Assembly (NCBI GenBank): GCA_047611865.1
Contig: JBLFWS010000059.1
Location: forward strand, 1-17,862
Direction: 5' to 3'
Length of the DNA stretch: 17,862 bases
Source: Chlamydiales bacterium
GTDB taxonomy: Bacteria > Chlamydiota > Chlamydiia > Chlamydiales > JBDQID01
Shown: positions 16,291 to 17,862 of the stretch, piece after piece
Position numbering within the stretch: the stretch's first letter is position 1
Layout: each line of letters opens with the position of its first letter
Position numbers and translations under genes: made by a program
The notes under the pieces: model-generated
What the model was told of the DNA's origin: nothing
What the model saw: the letters and a program-made list of their open reading frames with translations, nothing else
Database searches by the model: none

Positions 16291-17483
16291 GGGACCCTCC
16301 TTAGATAAGTACTATCCAAGATCAGCGCTGTGAAGAAACAAAACATGCCCATTCCAATCAGAAAAGGATAAAAAGACACTCGTTGCCAATTTTCTGAATC
16401 CTCTCTTTCCAAAACAATCTCCTCTACTACAGCCTGAACCTTTTTCCCCTGTGGAAGCTCACTTTTCTCCAAACGATCAATATCCTGATAAATCTGCTGT
16501 AAGCTGCTATTATGATCAGCCACAAAAAAACGTCCCCCTGTTATAGAAGCTGCATATTCAAGTTCTTCGCGCTCACGAGAATATTCTTTTTGCCTGATCA
16601 TTGGTTCAATATTCACCACGTAAAGACGCACACCCTTTTCTTCAGCGTAACGCGCTGCATCGGGAATACTCATGGCACGGTATCGATGAGAACGGTCAAG
16701 AGGGTTTGTTTCTTGGATCCCGTCTGTAACAATAACGATGACGGTATTTTCAATTTCGTAAGACGGTTTCCCTTCCTTGATGAGATCCTTGGCATAATGC
16801 TCAGTCGCGGCAATCAAATTTGCTGTTTTAAAGATCGCATAACCAATAGCAGTGCCATTTTCACTCTCATCGCTATAGATATTCAATTTTGATAGTTTTT
16901 CCATAAGATAATCGTGCTGTAATGTAAGTGGACAGAGGACCTGAGCGACACGAGCAAAGCCTACTAGGCCAAGCATATCATTCTTCCTCCCATCAAGGCT
17001 CGATCCATCACTACCCTGGATAAAATCTCGACTAACTTGTTTAAGGTAGTCCAGACGAGTCATTTTCACAACTCTACCACCTGACAATTCCACTCTAACT
17101 TTTTGTCCCATCGATGAAGATTGGTCTAGGACTAAATATATCGCGATTCCCTTGGTAGGGACCTCTACCTCTTCTATTTTTTCCTCATCAGAAGCATTTT
17201 TATCTTCGGAATGACTCTGCTCACTCCTGCTAGCCACTAGAAGATGGGGGTCAGCGAAAGCTAAGAGAAAAAAAGAAAATGCTGCTGCTTTTAATAAAGG
17301 CAAAATAGGTATAAGACGCTGCCTAAAAGTTTTACTCCCCTTTCGTAAAACCGACAGGTTAGAAAAATTTAGCCTTGGAAGAATAAATTTCTGTTGCCAT
17401 CGCCTTACGGTAATCAAGACCACAACACCCACTAATATGGCAAAACCTAAAGCTGGCCAACTTATTGCAAACACACTATCCAT
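16287..17483 (-). CDS. batA: BatA-like vWA membrane protein
   Basis: N-terminal TM region ending LAFADP, GIAIYLVLDQSSSM (MIDAS), D.LGLVGFA, CPLT, GTAIGYAI, VTDG, TGGRFF and L.QIY.DID.LEKS. Confidence 0.9.
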   Translation of the reverse strand: MDSVFAISWPALGFAILVGVVVLITVRRWQQKFILPRLNFSNLSVLRKGSKTFRQRLIPILPLLKAAAFSFFLLAFADPHLLVASRSEQSHSEDKNASDEEKIEEVEVPTKGIAIYLVLDQSSSMGQKVRVELSGGRVVKMTRLDYLKQVSRDFIQGSDGSSLDGRKNDMLGLVGFARVAQVLCPLTLQHDYLMEKLSKLNIYSDESENGTAIGYAIFKTANLIAATEHYAKDLIKEGKPSYEIENTVIVIVTDGIQETNPLDRSHRYRAMSIPDAARYAEEKGVRLYVVNIEPMIRQKEYSREREELEYAASITGGRFFVADHNSSLQQIYQDIDRLEKSELPQGKKVQAVVEEIVLEREDSENWQRVSFYPFLIGMGMFCFFTALILDSTYLRRVP

Positions 17484-17527
17484 TTTAACCTACCAAAAAG
17501 ACCTTTCATATTTAGTCAAGAAGCGGG

Positions 17528-17556
17528 ATTTTATCAAATCCCATCAAACTCGTCAC
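17528..17556 (-). promoter_or_regulatory. Candidate promoter of the bat operon
   Basis: - strand GTGACG (17556-17551), 17-nt spacer, TAAAAT (17533-17528) with an extended -10 TG, about 45 nt upstream of the batA ATG. Confidence 0.45.
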
Positions 17557-17715
17557 GGGTAAAACTTCCGTGCACCTATAAGCAGCTATTGAATAAATTA
17601 TTCTTCGTTAAAAAGCCGTAAGAAACAAGTACTCACAAAAATATGGACTTGGAATTCAATGCAGTTAAAATTTTATTCTATGACTACTCATCCTGTCTAT
17701 TTGAGGATTCTCTGC

Positions 17716-17745
17716 TTGCAATTTTACAAACCCCAAAAATATAAT
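17716..17745 (+). promoter_or_regulatory. Candidate promoter for the divergent gene at the window end
   Basis: TTGCAA (17716-17721), 18-nt spacer, TATAAT (17740-17745). Confidence 0.5.
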
Positions 17746-17775
17746 ATTTTGCATCCTCTATTTTACGGGTCTTCT

Positions 17776-17862
17776 ATGCTTTATCGATCTTTTAAATTGT
17801 TTCTTGTCGTATTCTTTAGCTTTCATAATCTTTCCATTGCACAAAGTAATGAAGATGCTCCA
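17776..17862 (+). CDS. N-terminus of a probable exported protein (truncated by the window end)
   Basis: MLYRSFKLFLVVFFSFHNLSIA-QSNEDAP has a basic n-region, hydrophobic h-region and SIA cleavage-like site. The frame is open to the window end, 30 nt after a TATAAT. Confidence 0.55.
   Translation, partial: MLYRSFKLFLVVFFSFHNLSIAQSNEDAP

Noticed and set aside
563..16892. Short antisense or alternate-frame ORFs in the track (e.g. 563..847, 2019..2258, 7478..7783, 10223..10447, 12727..13146, 16512..16892)
   Set aside because: All lie within or largely overlap well-supported genes and show no motifs; treated as shadow ORFs.

Overview
Bacterial chromosomal window, very probably from an environmental Chlamydiae member (inferred from the prfB-GNAT-yebC gene order; not confirmed). 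The left part is housekeeping: prfB with its programmed +1 frameshift (true start 205, missed by the ORF track), a GNAT acetyltransferase, yebC and glutamine-dependent nadE on +, with efp and epmA converging on -. The middle (about 6.1-10.2 kb) is accessory. It has two translationally coupled 69-aa ORFs (the second a Zn-ribbon) and a 210-bp MITE with 15-bp perfect TIRs and an 8-bp target duplication, enclosing a second inverted array of 9-nt repeats. It also has two related proteins built from 8-residue repeats, which are candidate secreted effectors; one carries an exact 200-aa-period domain duplication. The right part is a tightly coupled batA-batB-batC-batD-batE operon on -, with an unusually long BatC-like gene and no adjacent MoxR ATPase or DUF58 gene, followed by the start of a divergent signal-peptide gene at the window end. 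No rRNA, tRNA or CRISPR array was seen.
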